Shown here in pieces: positions 29,327-38,472 of a stretch of DNA of 64,000 bases. Position 1 is the first letter of the stretch. Each line of letters opens with the position of its first letter. The position numbers and the translations under genes are program-made. The stretch is from NCBI GenBank assembly GCA_963828165.1, contig CAWHDR010000001.1:1440001-1504000 (forward strand), in the 5' to 3' direction. This stretch comes from an uncultured Chloroflexia bacterium (GTDB lineage Bacteria; Chloroflexota; Limnocylindria; Limnocylindrales; CSP1-4). The notes below the pieces were generated by a model that saw only the letters and a list, made by a program, of their open reading frames with translations, was not told where the DNA came from and searched no databases.

Positions 29327-30641
29327 CGCCGACTGCCGCCACCAGCGAGGTCGTCGACCGCCTGTTCCGCGAGGAATCGGGCCGCGCGGTCGCGACGCTC
29401 ATCCGCGTCCTCGGCGACTTCGATCTCGCCGAGGAAGCCGTCCAGGAGGCGTTCGTCACGGCGCTCGAGGTGTGGCCGTCCCGCGGCATACCGGACAACC
29501 CGGGCGCCTGGATCACGACGACCGCACGCAACCGGGCGATCGACCGATTGCGCCGCCGGAGGCGGCTTCGGGACAAGACCGACGAGCTCACGCGCGAGGC
29601 CGCCATCGAAGCGGACCTGGCCGCGATCGAGCCCGAAGCTGGCGGCGCTGGGGCGGCGGACGACGACATGGACGACCGACTGCGCCTGATCTTCACCTGC
29701 TGCCATCCGGCTTTGCCGATGGACGGCCGCATCGCGCTCACGCTCCGGACGCTCGGCGGCCTGACGACACCGGAGATCGCCCGAGCCTTCCTCGTCCCGG
29801 AAGCGACGCTCGCCCAGCGGCTCGTCCGGGCCAAGCGCAAGATCCACGATGCCGGCATCCCGTACCGCGTACCGCCACGTGACCTGCTGCCCGAGCGTCT
29901 CGACGGTGTCCTCAAGGTTCTCTACCTGGTCTACAACGAGGGCTACGCGGCCTCATCTGGCGACGCCCTGATCCGGCGCGAGCTGAGTGCCGAGGCGATC
30001 CGGCTGACACGGACGGTGGTCTCGCTGCTCCCCGACGAGCCGGAGGCCGCCGGGTTGCTGGCACTGATGCTGCTCCACGACGCACGGCGGGATGCGCGGG
30101 TGGGACCCGACGGCGAGCTCGTCCTGCTCGAGGACCAGGACCGGTCTCGCTGGGACCAGGCCGCGATCGCAGAGGGCAGGACGCTCGTCCAGGCGGTCCT
30201 GCCGACCCGTCGCGTCGGGCCGTACCAGCTGCAGGCCGCCATCGCCGCCCTCCACGATGAGGCGCCCGATGCCGCCGCGACGGACTGGGCCCAGATCGCC
30301 ACGCTATATCAGCCCTGGTCGACCTCGATCCCACGCCGGTGGTCCGCCTCAACCATGCAGTGGCCGTCGCGTTCGCCGACGGTCCGGCGGTCGGTCTGGC
30401 GATGATGGACGGACTCGCCGATGAGGGTGCGCTCGCGAACTACCCGTACCTGTATGCGGCGCGCGCCGACCTGCTGCGACGACTCGGGCGCGGTTCCGAG
30501 GCCGCCTCGGCGTACCGGCACGCCCTGGAGCTCACCTCGAACCGCCCGGAGCGCGCCTTCCTGGAACGTCGACTCCGGGAAGTCGGACGGGAAGGCGAGG
30601 CGGCGGCCGGCCAAAGACGGTCGGGCCTGCGCCCTTCCTGA
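29323..30641 (+). pseudogene. ECF42-type sigma factor with C-terminal extension; 1-nt frameshift near 30312 (pseudogene or sequence error)
   Basis: DFDLAEEAVQEAF, DDRLRLIFTCCHPAL, LLEDQDRSRW, GPYQLQAAIAA; homology continues in another frame (VVRLNHAVAVA...ARADLLRRLGR). Confidence 0.8.
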
Positions 30642-30686
30642 CGCGGCGCGGTGACCGCATCGCCCCCGGCGAGGGTAGGCTTGGCC

Positions 30687-31451
30687 GTGCCCGCCCGTCG
30701 TGCAAGGGAGATCGTCATCCTCCGCGGCCTCAAACGACTCCTCCGGCCGCTACGACCCATCCTCGTGCCGATCTGGCGCTCATTGCGCGGCCTCGTCGCG
30801 GCGGCGTCGGCGGCTGTCGCGCGCGCCCGAGCCCTGCACTCGCGACCGGGCTCCATCACGCCGGGGCCAGCGGGCGGGATCCGGGCGATGACCAAGCCCG
30901 AGTTCGAGGCGATGGTGGCCAGGTTCCCGTACTACAAGAACCGCTGGGGCTACATGTCGGCGGCGCTCTCGCAGGCGACGGTGTTGATCGGGCGACATGG
31001 ACTTCGAACGGCGCTCGAGCTCGGAGCGCCGGTCCTGCCGATCATCGTCGGGGCCGACGTCATGGACAAGAAGGCCCGCCCGGAGCTCGATCCGAGCGTG
31101 TCGATCCGGGTCTTCGATGCGACGGAGGTCCCCTGGCCGGTCGATGACAAGGCCTACGACCTGTTCATGGCGCTCCAGGTCTTCGAGCACCTGACGGATC
31201 GGCAGCGCGAGGCCTTCCTCGAAGTCCGCCGGATCGCGCGCCACGCCATCATCTCGCTGCCGATCGATTGGGTCATGGAGGATCCGCGCAACTGCCACCA
31301 CCAGATCTCGAACGAGCGGGTGCTGTCGTGGTTCGCCCCGATCGTGCCGACCCGGATCATCCAGGGGACGGGCGGGCATCGTCGCCGCCTGATCTATGTG
31401 TTCGAGGATCTGCCCGCCCCGCCTGAAGCCCGCCAGCTGCTCAGGGCCTGA
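30687..31451 (+). CDS. Hypothetical protein, methyltransferase-like fold
   Basis: ALELGA, YDLFMALQVFEHL motifs; start uncertain (ATG 30888 alternative). Confidence 0.65.
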   Translation: MPARRAREIVILRGLKRLLRPLRPILVPIWRSLRGLVAAASAAVARARALHSRPGSITPGPAGGIRAMTKPEFEAMVARFPYYKNRWGYMSAALSQATVLIGRHGLRTALELGAPVLPIIVGADVMDKKARPELDPSVSIRVFDATEVPWPVDDKAYDLFMALQVFEHLTDRQREAFLEVRRIARHAIISLPIDWVMEDPRNCHHQISNERVLSWFAPIVPTRIIQGTGGHRRRLIYVFEDLPAPPEARQLLRA

Positions 31452-32091
31452 GCCGGAGCACCCGCACCGTCTTGGTCGTGACGTCCTCCAAATCCTCGAT
31501 CGTCGGCACCTCGTAGCGGGCGAGCTCGTCGAGGCCGTCGACCGGCAGGTGGGCTCGGCCGGGATCGCCGGTCAGGACGTCGGCGCCGCGCGCGGCCAGT
31601 TCGCGCAGCCACGGCGCCATGCGCGCGGCGAGCTCGGGCTCGTACCAGAGGTCGCCGACGAGCACGACGTGCCAGCCGGCGTCGGTGCCGATCGGATCGG
31701 CCTCCTCGAGGTCCAGGGTCACGCCGTTGGCGCTCGCGTTCAACCGGCTGGCCTCGATGGCGAAGACCTCGAGGTCGATGGCGGTGACGCTCGCGGCTCC
31801 CGCCATGGCCGCAGCGATGGCCACGATCCCGCCGCCGCAGCCGATGTCAGCGACGCGCCGTCCACGGACCAGCTCGGGGTGGTCCAGCACATGTCGCGCG
31901 AGTGCCTGCCCACCGGCCCACGCCCACGCCCAGTACGGCGGTGGCACCGCCGGGCGCGCGTCCGTCAGTGCAGCGGCCTCCCACAGCGGCATCGAGAGGC
32001 CACCGGTCCGCATGGTGATCTCCGGCACCAACGGGGCCGGCGCTGCGATCGTATTGGCGAGGATGAAGGCCTGGCGCTCGGCGGGGATCAC
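31441..32091 (-). CDS. Lysine/protein methyltransferase (Methyltransf_16/PrmA-like)
   Basis: PPPYWAWAWAGGQALAR, VADIGCGGG, GDLWYE, GDPGRAHLP. Confidence 0.88.
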   Translation of the reverse strand: MIPAERQAFILANTIAAPAPLVPEITMRTGGLSMPLWEAAALTDARPAVPPPYWAWAWAGGQALARHVLDHPELVRGRRVADIGCGGGIVAIAAAMAGAASVTAIDLEVFAIEASRLNASANGVTLDLEEADPIGTDAGWHVVLVGDLWYEPELAARMAPWLRELAARGADVLTGDPGRAHLPVDGLDELARYEVPTIEDLEDVTTKTVRVLRLRP

Positions 32092-32153
32092 GGGCCAAGT
32101 CTGATGGTTGCGCCCGAGGTCAGGGCGGCGCGCCTCGCGGCTACCATCGCGAC

Positions 32154-32888
32154 GTGAATGTGCGATGGACCGAGCTGTTCGACCGCCCGTCCATGGCGCT
32201 CGCCGCATCCGCGGCGACCCTGCTGCTGCCGGTCCTGTTCGTGCTCGCCATCCCGAACCCGCTCGAGCAGGCGCCCGGGATCGATTTCGCCCTCTACCGC
32301 GACGTGGCTGCACGCTGGGTCGACGGCGGACCGTTCTACGAGCCACGCCAGCTCTCCGGGCCGTACGAGGTCGCCCACGGCGACGTGCTCTACCCGCCCG
32401 TCGGGCTGTGGTTGTTCGTCCCGTTCACGGTCCTTCCGGCCGTGCTCTGGTGGGGCATCCCCGCCGCGCTGACGATCTGGGCCGTATGGCGCGTGCGTCC
32501 GCGGCCGGCAGTCTGGCCGCTCATGGCGCTCTGCCTGGCGTGGCCGACCACGCCGCTCAAGATCTGGACGGGCAACCCGGTCATCTGGTGCATGGCGGCC
32601 ATGTCGATCGCCATCGTCTACCGCTGGGCCGCGCCCTTCGTGCTCCTGAAACCCAGCCTGTTCCCGTTCGCCTTGTTCGGGTTCCGAGAGCGCTCGTGGT
32701 GGATCGGGCTGGTCGTGTTCGTGGCGCTGTGCGTGCCGTTCGGAGCGCTGTGGGCCGACTGGGTCGCCTCGGTCCTCAATTCCCGTGGCAGCGGGCCGCT
32801 CTACTCCGTGCTGGAGGCGCCGATGCTGCTCTTTCCGCTGATCGCCTGGGCGGGTGCGACCCGTGGGAGGCGCCGGTCGGACTCGTGA
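32154..32888 (+). CDS. Membrane protein, GT87/DUF2029-like glycosyltransferase
   Basis: DFALY..RWVDGGPFY, LYPPVGLWLFVPF, GN, LLKP; multiple TM. Confidence 0.65.
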   Translation: MNVRWTELFDRPSMALAASAATLLLPVLFVLAIPNPLEQAPGIDFALYRDVAARWVDGGPFYEPRQLSGPYEVAHGDVLYPPVGLWLFVPFTVLPAVLWWGIPAALTIWAVWRVRPRPAVWPLMALCLAWPTTPLKIWTGNPVIWCMAAMSIAIVYRWAAPFVLLKPSLFPFALFGFRERSWWIGLVVFVALCVPFGALWADWVASVLNSRGSGPLYSVLEAPMLLFPLIAWAGATRGRRRSDS

Positions 32889-32970
32889 TATGCCCCAAGG
32901 CGTTGCAGACGTGCGACAAGCGGCCCCAAAGGGTGGCCCAGAGAGTCAATGCCCCATACACTGCCAGCCG

Positions 32971-34191
32971 ATGACCGAGCTTGCGCGCGACCCGGCGGGT
33001 GCCGGCCGCGCCGATCCGATCCTGCGCCTCGTCGAATCGCTGGCCACACGCCGCGACTCGAGCGATACGGGTTCGGCCGACGCGGACCGGTACCGCGCGT
33101 TCCTCGAGGCCCTGGGCGTCGCGGTCTACACCACCGACGCGGACGGCCGGATCACGTTCTACAACGAGGCCGCGGCAGAACTGTGGGGACGCCGGCCCGA
33201 GCTTGGCGAGGAGTGGTGCGGCTCCTTCCGGTTGTTCTGGACTGACGGAACGCCGCTGGCCCACGGTGACTGCCCCATGGCGATCGCCCTGAAGGAAGGT
33301 CGCTCGGTCCGCGGCTTCACCGCGATCGCCGAGCGCCAGGACGGCAGCCGGGTCGATTTCCAGCCCTACCCGACCCCGCTCTACGACCAGGGCGGACGGA
33401 TGATCGGCGCCGTGAACGTCCTGGTCGATATCACCGAACGGCGCCGCATGGAGGACGACCTCCGGGCGTCGGCCGAGGCGCTCGCTGCGTCCAACAGCGT
33501 GAAGGACGACTTCGTCGGGTTGATCTCCCATGAGCTGCGGACCCCGGTGACGACGATCTACGGCAACGCCCAGCTGCTGCGAGATCGTGTCGACCGCCTG
33601 CCAGAGGAGACCCGCGACGCGATGGTCGTCGACATCGCCGAGGATTCCGAGCGCCTCCTCGAGATCATCGAGAACCTGCTGCTGCTCTCCCGGATGCAGG
33701 CGGGCACGTCCGCGGAGCTGGAGCCGCAGGTCCTGACCCACGTGATCCGGCACGAGATCGGGGCCTTCTCGCGGCGACATCCGCACCGCGACATCCGGTT
33801 CGTGGGGATCCCCGGACACCACGTCGTCGTCGAGGCGGACCGCACGCACCTCGTCCTCCTGCTGCAGAACCTCCTCACGAACGCCCACAAGTACGGTGGC
33901 CCCGACGGCGCGATCGACGTGACGCTCGAGACGGTGGACCGCGAGGCGCTCGTCCGCGTGCTCGACCGGGGCCTCGGCCTCGACGACACCGATGCCGCCC
34001 GACTGTTCTCGCCGTTCTATCGCAGCACGGAGGCGCAGCGGACGGCCAGCGGCCTGGGTCTCGGGCTACCCGTCTGCGAGCGGATCGTCACGGCGCTGGG
34101 CGGGCGCCTGTGGGCCTCTCCACGGGAGGGCGGTGGCGCCGAGTTCGGGTTCGCGCTGCCGCTGGCACCGGCGCTCGGCGAGAGCGAGTAG
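32971..34191 (+). CDS. Cytoplasmic PAS sensor histidine kinase
   Basis: PAS (VYTTDADGRITFYNEAA), SHELRTP, NAHKY, GLGLGL. Confidence 0.92.
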   Translation: MTELARDPAGAGRADPILRLVESLATRRDSSDTGSADADRYRAFLEALGVAVYTTDADGRITFYNEAAAELWGRRPELGEEWCGSFRLFWTDGTPLAHGDCPMAIALKEGRSVRGFTAIAERQDGSRVDFQPYPTPLYDQGGRMIGAVNVLVDITERRRMEDDLRASAEALAASNSVKDDFVGLISHELRTPVTTIYGNAQLLRDRVDRLPEETRDAMVVDIAEDSERLLEIIENLLLLSRMQAGTSAELEPQVLTHVIRHEIGAFSRRHPHRDIRFVGIPGHHVVVEADRTHLVLLLQNLLTNAHKYGGPDGAIDVTLETVDREALVRVLDRGLGLDDTDAARLFSPFYRSTEAQRTASGLGLGLPVCERIVTALGGRLWASPREGGGAEFGFALPLAPALGESE

Positions 34192-34205
34192 CACCGGCGG
34201 CCCGC

Positions 34206-34487
34206 ATGAAAGGCGATCGCGTCGAGGCGTTGGTCGATACCGGCGGCGGCGTGCAGACGTTCGACATCGTCGCCACCAAGGCAGGCCGGCGGATCGAGGT
34301 CAATAGCGCGCGCGGTGTCGTGGAAGTCACCGAGGTCACCAGATCCGGCAAGACCGTGCGGACCGGCCGGTTCATGGCCAACCGGCTCGTCGCCCTGATC
34401 GAACATCCGGCCGAAGGGCCGAGCAGCGCCTCGGTCGAGGTCTCCGAGCGCCGCCGGCTTCGGCCGGGCGACGGTTCGGCCGGGTGA
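34206..34487 (+). CDS. Small beta-rich hypothetical protein
   Basis: 93-aa ORF with typical codon usage directly after the kinase. Confidence 0.65.
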   Translation: MKGDRVEALVDTGGGVQTFDIVATKAGRRIEVNSARGVVEVTEVTRSGKTVRTGRFMANRLVALIEHPAEGPSSASVEVSERRRLRPGDGSAG

Positions 34488-34606
34488 ACGCGAGGCGGAC
34501 CCGGCTTGCCGCGGTCGCGCCCGAAGAACGCCCCGAGGCTGCGCTCGTCGCCGTGGAGCGCGGTGACGCCGTCTTCCAGGCCGCGGCGTGACGTATGGAG
34601 GTGGGC

Positions 34607-34966
34607 ATGGCGACGTCGCCGGAGGTCAACGCCTGGTTCGAGCGATACGACAACCCGATGAAACCCGTGGTCCTGCGAATCCGGGAGATCGTGCTCGAGG
34701 CGGATCCGCGGATCACTGAAACCGTGAAATGGCAGGCGCCGACATTCACCTACAAGGGCAACCTGGCCAGCTTTTACCCCAAGAGCCGGCAACACGCCAG
34801 CCTGTTGTTCCACCTGGGTGCGAAGATCCCGGGCGAGCATCCGCGCCTCGAAGGGACTGGCGACACGTCCCGGGTGATGAAGATCCGGAGCCTGGACGAG
34901 GTCGAGGCCGCTCGGACGGAGCTGGCTGCGATCGTCAAGGCGTGGTGCGATTGGCGCGAAGGCTGA
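34607..34966 (+). CDS. DUF1801 (YdhG-like) protein
   Basis: IREIVLEADPRITETVKWQAPTFTY; GGAGG RBS. Confidence 0.85.
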   Translation: MATSPEVNAWFERYDNPMKPVVLRIREIVLEADPRITETVKWQAPTFTYKGNLASFYPKSRQHASLLFHLGAKIPGEHPRLEGTGDTSRVMKIRSLDEVEAARTELAAIVKAWCDWREG

Positions 34967-34989
34967 CGACCGTATGGGTCGGCGGCAGC

Positions 34990-35174
34990 GGGTCGATCCG
35001 CCTGCTTCGACTGGGACGACGGCAGCCGCGTGAACGTCACCTTCGGCGCAACCGGCGATGCGATGAGCCCGGTCGCCGTCGAGCATGACACCGGCCCGAC
35101 GCCCGAGCCGCGGCCACCGCAGGGCCTACTGGCGCGACCGCCTGACCGCGCTCAAGACCTTGCTCGAGGGGTGA
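34990..35174 (+). pseudogene. Frameshifted 3' remnant of an SRPBCC-like gene
   Basis: FDWDDGSRVNVTF...VAVEH, then AYWRDRLTALKTLLEG* in another frame; no start. Confidence 0.45.
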
Positions 35175-35178
35175 GCCA

Positions 35179-36255
35179 TCAAGGGCGGGGCCATGCCTGA
35201 TCCCAGCCGTCCGGCCCCAGCTCCCACACGTCGAGCTGGTGGGAACCGCCGGGTTGCGCGATCCCACCGACCAGGACGAGGACTCCCCGTTTGACGTCGA
35301 ACGCCAGGGCGTGCCCGTTCCGGGGCGTGGGGGCCGTCCCCGTGGACACCTTCGACCAGGCGTCCGTCCATCGCCAGGTGTCTGCCGCCATGGGCGTGTC
35401 GAGCCCGGTGCCCCCACCGAACATGACGATGCCGCCGAGTCGGTCGTCCCAGACGCCCGGGGAGTTGACACGCGGACCGGGGCCCTCGGGGTCCGCAACC
35501 TCGAGCCACGCCCCGTCACTCCAGCGCCACGTGTCGGCCAGGAAGTCGCCGTCGTTGCCATCGACCCAGTGACCGCCCTGCAGGAGGATGGCGTCGGTCG
35601 AACGGTCCTCCGTCATCAGGCTGACGAAGCGCGGGCGCGGGCCGACCTCGGCGATCCGCTCCCACTCGCCGCCCTCCCACGCCCACGTGTCCGCTTGCTG
35701 AACAGCGCCGGTCGAGCCGCCGAACAGCACCATCCGGTGTGAGGCGGCGTCAAAAGCGAGGCCGGCGCCCTCGCGCGGACCGGGCCCCGGGGCCGTGGTC
35801 ACCGACCAATCGCGGCCGTCCCATTCGAGGGTCTCGTCGAAGGCTTCGCCACCCCCGTCCACGCCACCGTGGACCACGACGACCTCTCGCTCTGGGTCGC
35901 GCCCGAGCGCGGCGAAGCTGCGCGCCGGGGGTCCCGCGGCGTCAAGGAGCTCCCATCCCTCGCCGCTCCAGCGCCACAGCTCCGTCGGCCGATCGGGACC
36001 GTTCTCGGTCGCGCCGTTGACAAGGACGACCCCCTCGAGCCGAGGATCGTAGAAGAGGCCGAACGTCTGGCCAAGCACCAGGCCGGCGACGCGGCCCGAG
36101 GGCGCGGGACTGCCGGATCCTGATGCCTCCGGCGCTGGTATTCCGTCCGAAGGAGGCGGCTCGCCCCGTAGCGGTGCCGCGGTGTCGGCAGGAGGGCCAC
36201 CGCAGGCGACGATGACGATGAGCGTTGCCACCACGAACAGACAGCGACCGGGCAT
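35179..36255 (-). CDS. Kelch-repeat (beta-propeller) lipoprotein
   Basis: Lipobox IVAC; repeated LFGG...DTWxW motifs; AGGAG RBS. Confidence 0.85.
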   Translation of the reverse strand: MPGRCLFVVATLIVIVACGGPPADTAAPLRGEPPPSDGIPAPEASGSGSPAPSGRVAGLVLGQTFGLFYDPRLEGVVLVNGATENGPDRPTELWRWSGEGWELLDAAGPPARSFAALGRDPEREVVVVHGGVDGGGEAFDETLEWDGRDWSVTTAPGPGPREGAGLAFDAASHRMVLFGGSTGAVQQADTWAWEGGEWERIAEVGPRPRFVSLMTEDRSTDAILLQGGHWVDGNDGDFLADTWRWSDGAWLEVADPEGPGPRVNSPGVWDDRLGGIVMFGGGTGLDTPMAADTWRWTDAWSKVSTGTAPTPRNGHALAFDVKRGVLVLVGGIAQPGGSHQLDVWELGPDGWDQAWPRP

Positions 36256-36415
36256 GCGGGGACTCCTGCGAGGTCAGTCGTGGCGGTAGTACACCGGCCG
36301 GGGCTTGATGGTTCCGGTCGGACGAAACACCGCAGTCGAGCGAGCGTGTCAGTTTTCTATCGCGCAACGACGGCGTCCCCGCCATGTGCGAAAGACGCCG
36401 TGGCCGTCACCGATG

Positions 36416-36575
36416 TCAGGGACAGTAGTACGGGGCCAGGTCCACGCCGTCGGCAGGATGCGGCCCGTTAACGCTGAGCACGTTGCCGGACTCGTCGAAC
36501 ACGATGCGACCAGCGTCGCGGATCCGAACGCCATTTGGCCCGATGAGATGGATGGGCTTGCCAACCACCGTGCGC
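36416..36575 (-). pseudogene. 3' remnant of a secreted-type protein gene
   Basis: GKPIHLIGPNGVRIRDAGRIVFDESGNVLSVNGPHP...YYCP*; no plausible 5' part. Confidence 0.35.
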
Positions 36576-36579
36576 GTCC

Positions 36580-36802
36580 CGTCCGCAGGCTGACGCGCCT
36601 TACGGAGCGCGAGCGCGAAGCCCTCGGGCAGATCGCCGAGGGACGCTCCAACCGGCCGATCGCCGAGCGACTCGGGATCACGACGAAGACGCTCGAGGGG
36701 ATGAGCGGCACGATCTTTGGCAAGCTCGGGCTCGAAGACGACCCGGACGTCAACCGTCGCGTGCTGGCCGTGCTGCTCTATCTCGACGGAGCCGGTGAGT
36801 AG
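36580..36802 (+). pseudogene. LuxR HTH fragment (truncated response regulator)
   Basis: LTEREREALGQIAEGRSN...IFGKLGL...NRRVLAVLLYL without a receiver domain. Confidence 0.65.
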
Positions 36803-36816
36803 CGGACCGACCTTCG

Positions 36817-38154
36817 TCAGGCGGCCGGCGCCTCGACCTTGGCCTGCCCGACGGGCTCGTTCGCCGCGGCGGCGTACCGGCTCGAAAGCGTTCGGTACGG
36901 GCCGGAACGCAGCGCAAGGAGCGTCACGAGCAGCCCGATGGTGCCGGCGATGATGAAGATCAGCGCCATGCCACGATCGGGCCCGGTGCCGAACCACGAC
37001 CCGATGCTGTCGGCAAGCGCGCCGCCGGTCATGGACGGGATCACCCAGAACTGCGCGATGGGACCGATGAGGAACGCGGTGATCGGTGAGGCTGCGGTCT
37101 CGAGGGTCTGCGCGAAACCGAAGACCCGGCCCTGCTCCCCGAAGGGCACGACCTTCTGGATGACCGTCTGCTCCGATGCCTCCGCGACCGGGGCGAGGAA
37201 CAGGTAGACGAAGAACCCGATCGCGAGCGGCAGGATCTCGGAGCGGATGGGAAAGATGATCGTCACGCTCCACATCACGACGTTCGCGAGCAACAGCGTC
37301 CTGACCGGGTTGACACCCAGCCCGCGTCGGGCGACGAAGATCCCGCCGACGATGAACCCGAGGCTGGTGAAGGCGATCAGGAAGCCCCATGCCTCGACCG
37401 ACATCAGGGTCAGTCCGTAGGGGTCCATCAGCGACATGAACACGCCGCCCAGGAAATTGTTGAACATCGAGAAGAGCAGCAGCCCGAGCAGCCCGGGGAC
37501 GAGCCCGACCGCCCGGATCGCGCCCGCGATGTCGATCATTCGAGGCGAATCGGCGCTCGGCGTGGGCGCCTCCTCCTCGATGCGGATCGTCATGAGATGC
37601 GCCGCAGCGAGGGCCGTGACGACCACGGCGATGAGCACGCACGCGCCCATCCCGAGCTGACCGACGGCCAGACCGCTGAACACCGAGGTCAGGGCGAATG
37701 CGACCCCATTCGCCGTCCCCACCAGCCCGTTCGCACGATCGCGGCCCTCCTCCGGGACCAGGAGCGTGACCGTGGTCGAGAGGGCGACGGATCGCAGGTT
37801 GCCGGCGATGGCACCGCCCAGCACGAGTGCGATGAACGCCCAGAAGGCGGGGTGGCTGAGATCCCGCAGCGCCGAAGCCGGCGCGACGACGAAGACCACG
37901 CCGGCGAGCGCGAAGGCCGAGAGCGAGAGCCCGCTCGAGAGCAGCATCGACGTCCGTCGAAGGTGCCGATCGACGAAGGTCCCGAAGAACATCGCCGAGA
38001 GGGCGACCAGCAGCATGTACCCGCCGCCGATGATCGCCGTGGCCAGGACGGAGCGGGTCTCGATGTAGACCCAGAACGTCAGCGCGAACCACAGGAAGTT
38101 ATTCGTGACGTTGGCCACGAGCGTGTTTGCGACGAGCAGATGGAACGTACGCAT
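36817..38154 (-). CDS. MFS transporter (DHA3-like)
   Basis: About 12 TM; GTFVDRHLRR motif A-like; QGRVFG. Confidence 0.9.
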   Translation of the reverse strand: MRTFHLLVANTLVANVTNNFLWFALTFWVYIETRSVLATAIIGGGYMLLVALSAMFFGTFVDRHLRRTSMLLSSGLSLSAFALAGVVFVVAPASALRDLSHPAFWAFIALVLGGAIAGNLRSVALSTTVTLLVPEEGRDRANGLVGTANGVAFALTSVFSGLAVGQLGMGACVLIAVVVTALAAAHLMTIRIEEEAPTPSADSPRMIDIAGAIRAVGLVPGLLGLLLFSMFNNFLGGVFMSLMDPYGLTLMSVEAWGFLIAFTSLGFIVGGIFVARRGLGVNPVRTLLLANVVMWSVTIIFPIRSEILPLAIGFFVYLFLAPVAEASEQTVIQKVVPFGEQGRVFGFAQTLETAASPITAFLIGPIAQFWVIPSMTGGALADSIGSWFGTGPDRGMALIFIIAGTIGLLVTLLALRSGPYRTLSSRYAAAANEPVGQAKVEAPAA

Positions 38155-38244
38155 CAGGTCACCAGCATGACGGCGCTACGGTCGGGGTCTGGGTCGTCCA
38201 CCGTCGCGCACCGTCGAGCAGGGCCCTGGAGCCCACGGGAACGG

Positions 38245-38289
38245 TGGAGCCGACACGCGGATTCTATCCGAGGCCTCGCTGTTTGCGAA
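38245..38289 (-). repeat. Degenerate copy of the 3' part of tRNA-Thr(CGT) (att-like site)
   Basis: 37/45 ungapped identity to 54193-54237 (manual count), same orientation. Confidence 0.85.
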
Positions 38290-38424
38290 GTCGGCATCCC
38301 AAAAGGGGGCGGAGCGGACCCCGACGGGCCGGCTCCCAGGTCGAGCGGCCTGGTTTCCGACTTCTAGCGTGGCGGTCGACGTTGGGGGAACGACGGACTC
38401 GCGCAGGAATCCTCGCGTCCGAAA

Positions 38425-38472
38425 TGGTAAAGTGAGCGAGTCAGCTACGTTCTGGTAGATTTGAGTAGGTTT
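38425..38472 (+). promoter_or_regulatory. Extended -10 promoter plus 10-bp-periodic direct repeats (putative operator)
   Basis: TGgTAAAGT 38425-38433; TACGTTC 38446, TAGATTT 38456, TAGGTTT 38466. Confidence 0.6.

Noticed and set aside
38245-38289. A third functional tRNA gene
   Set aside because: The 5' part is missing and the T-loop and anticodon are mutated; it is better explained as an att remnant.
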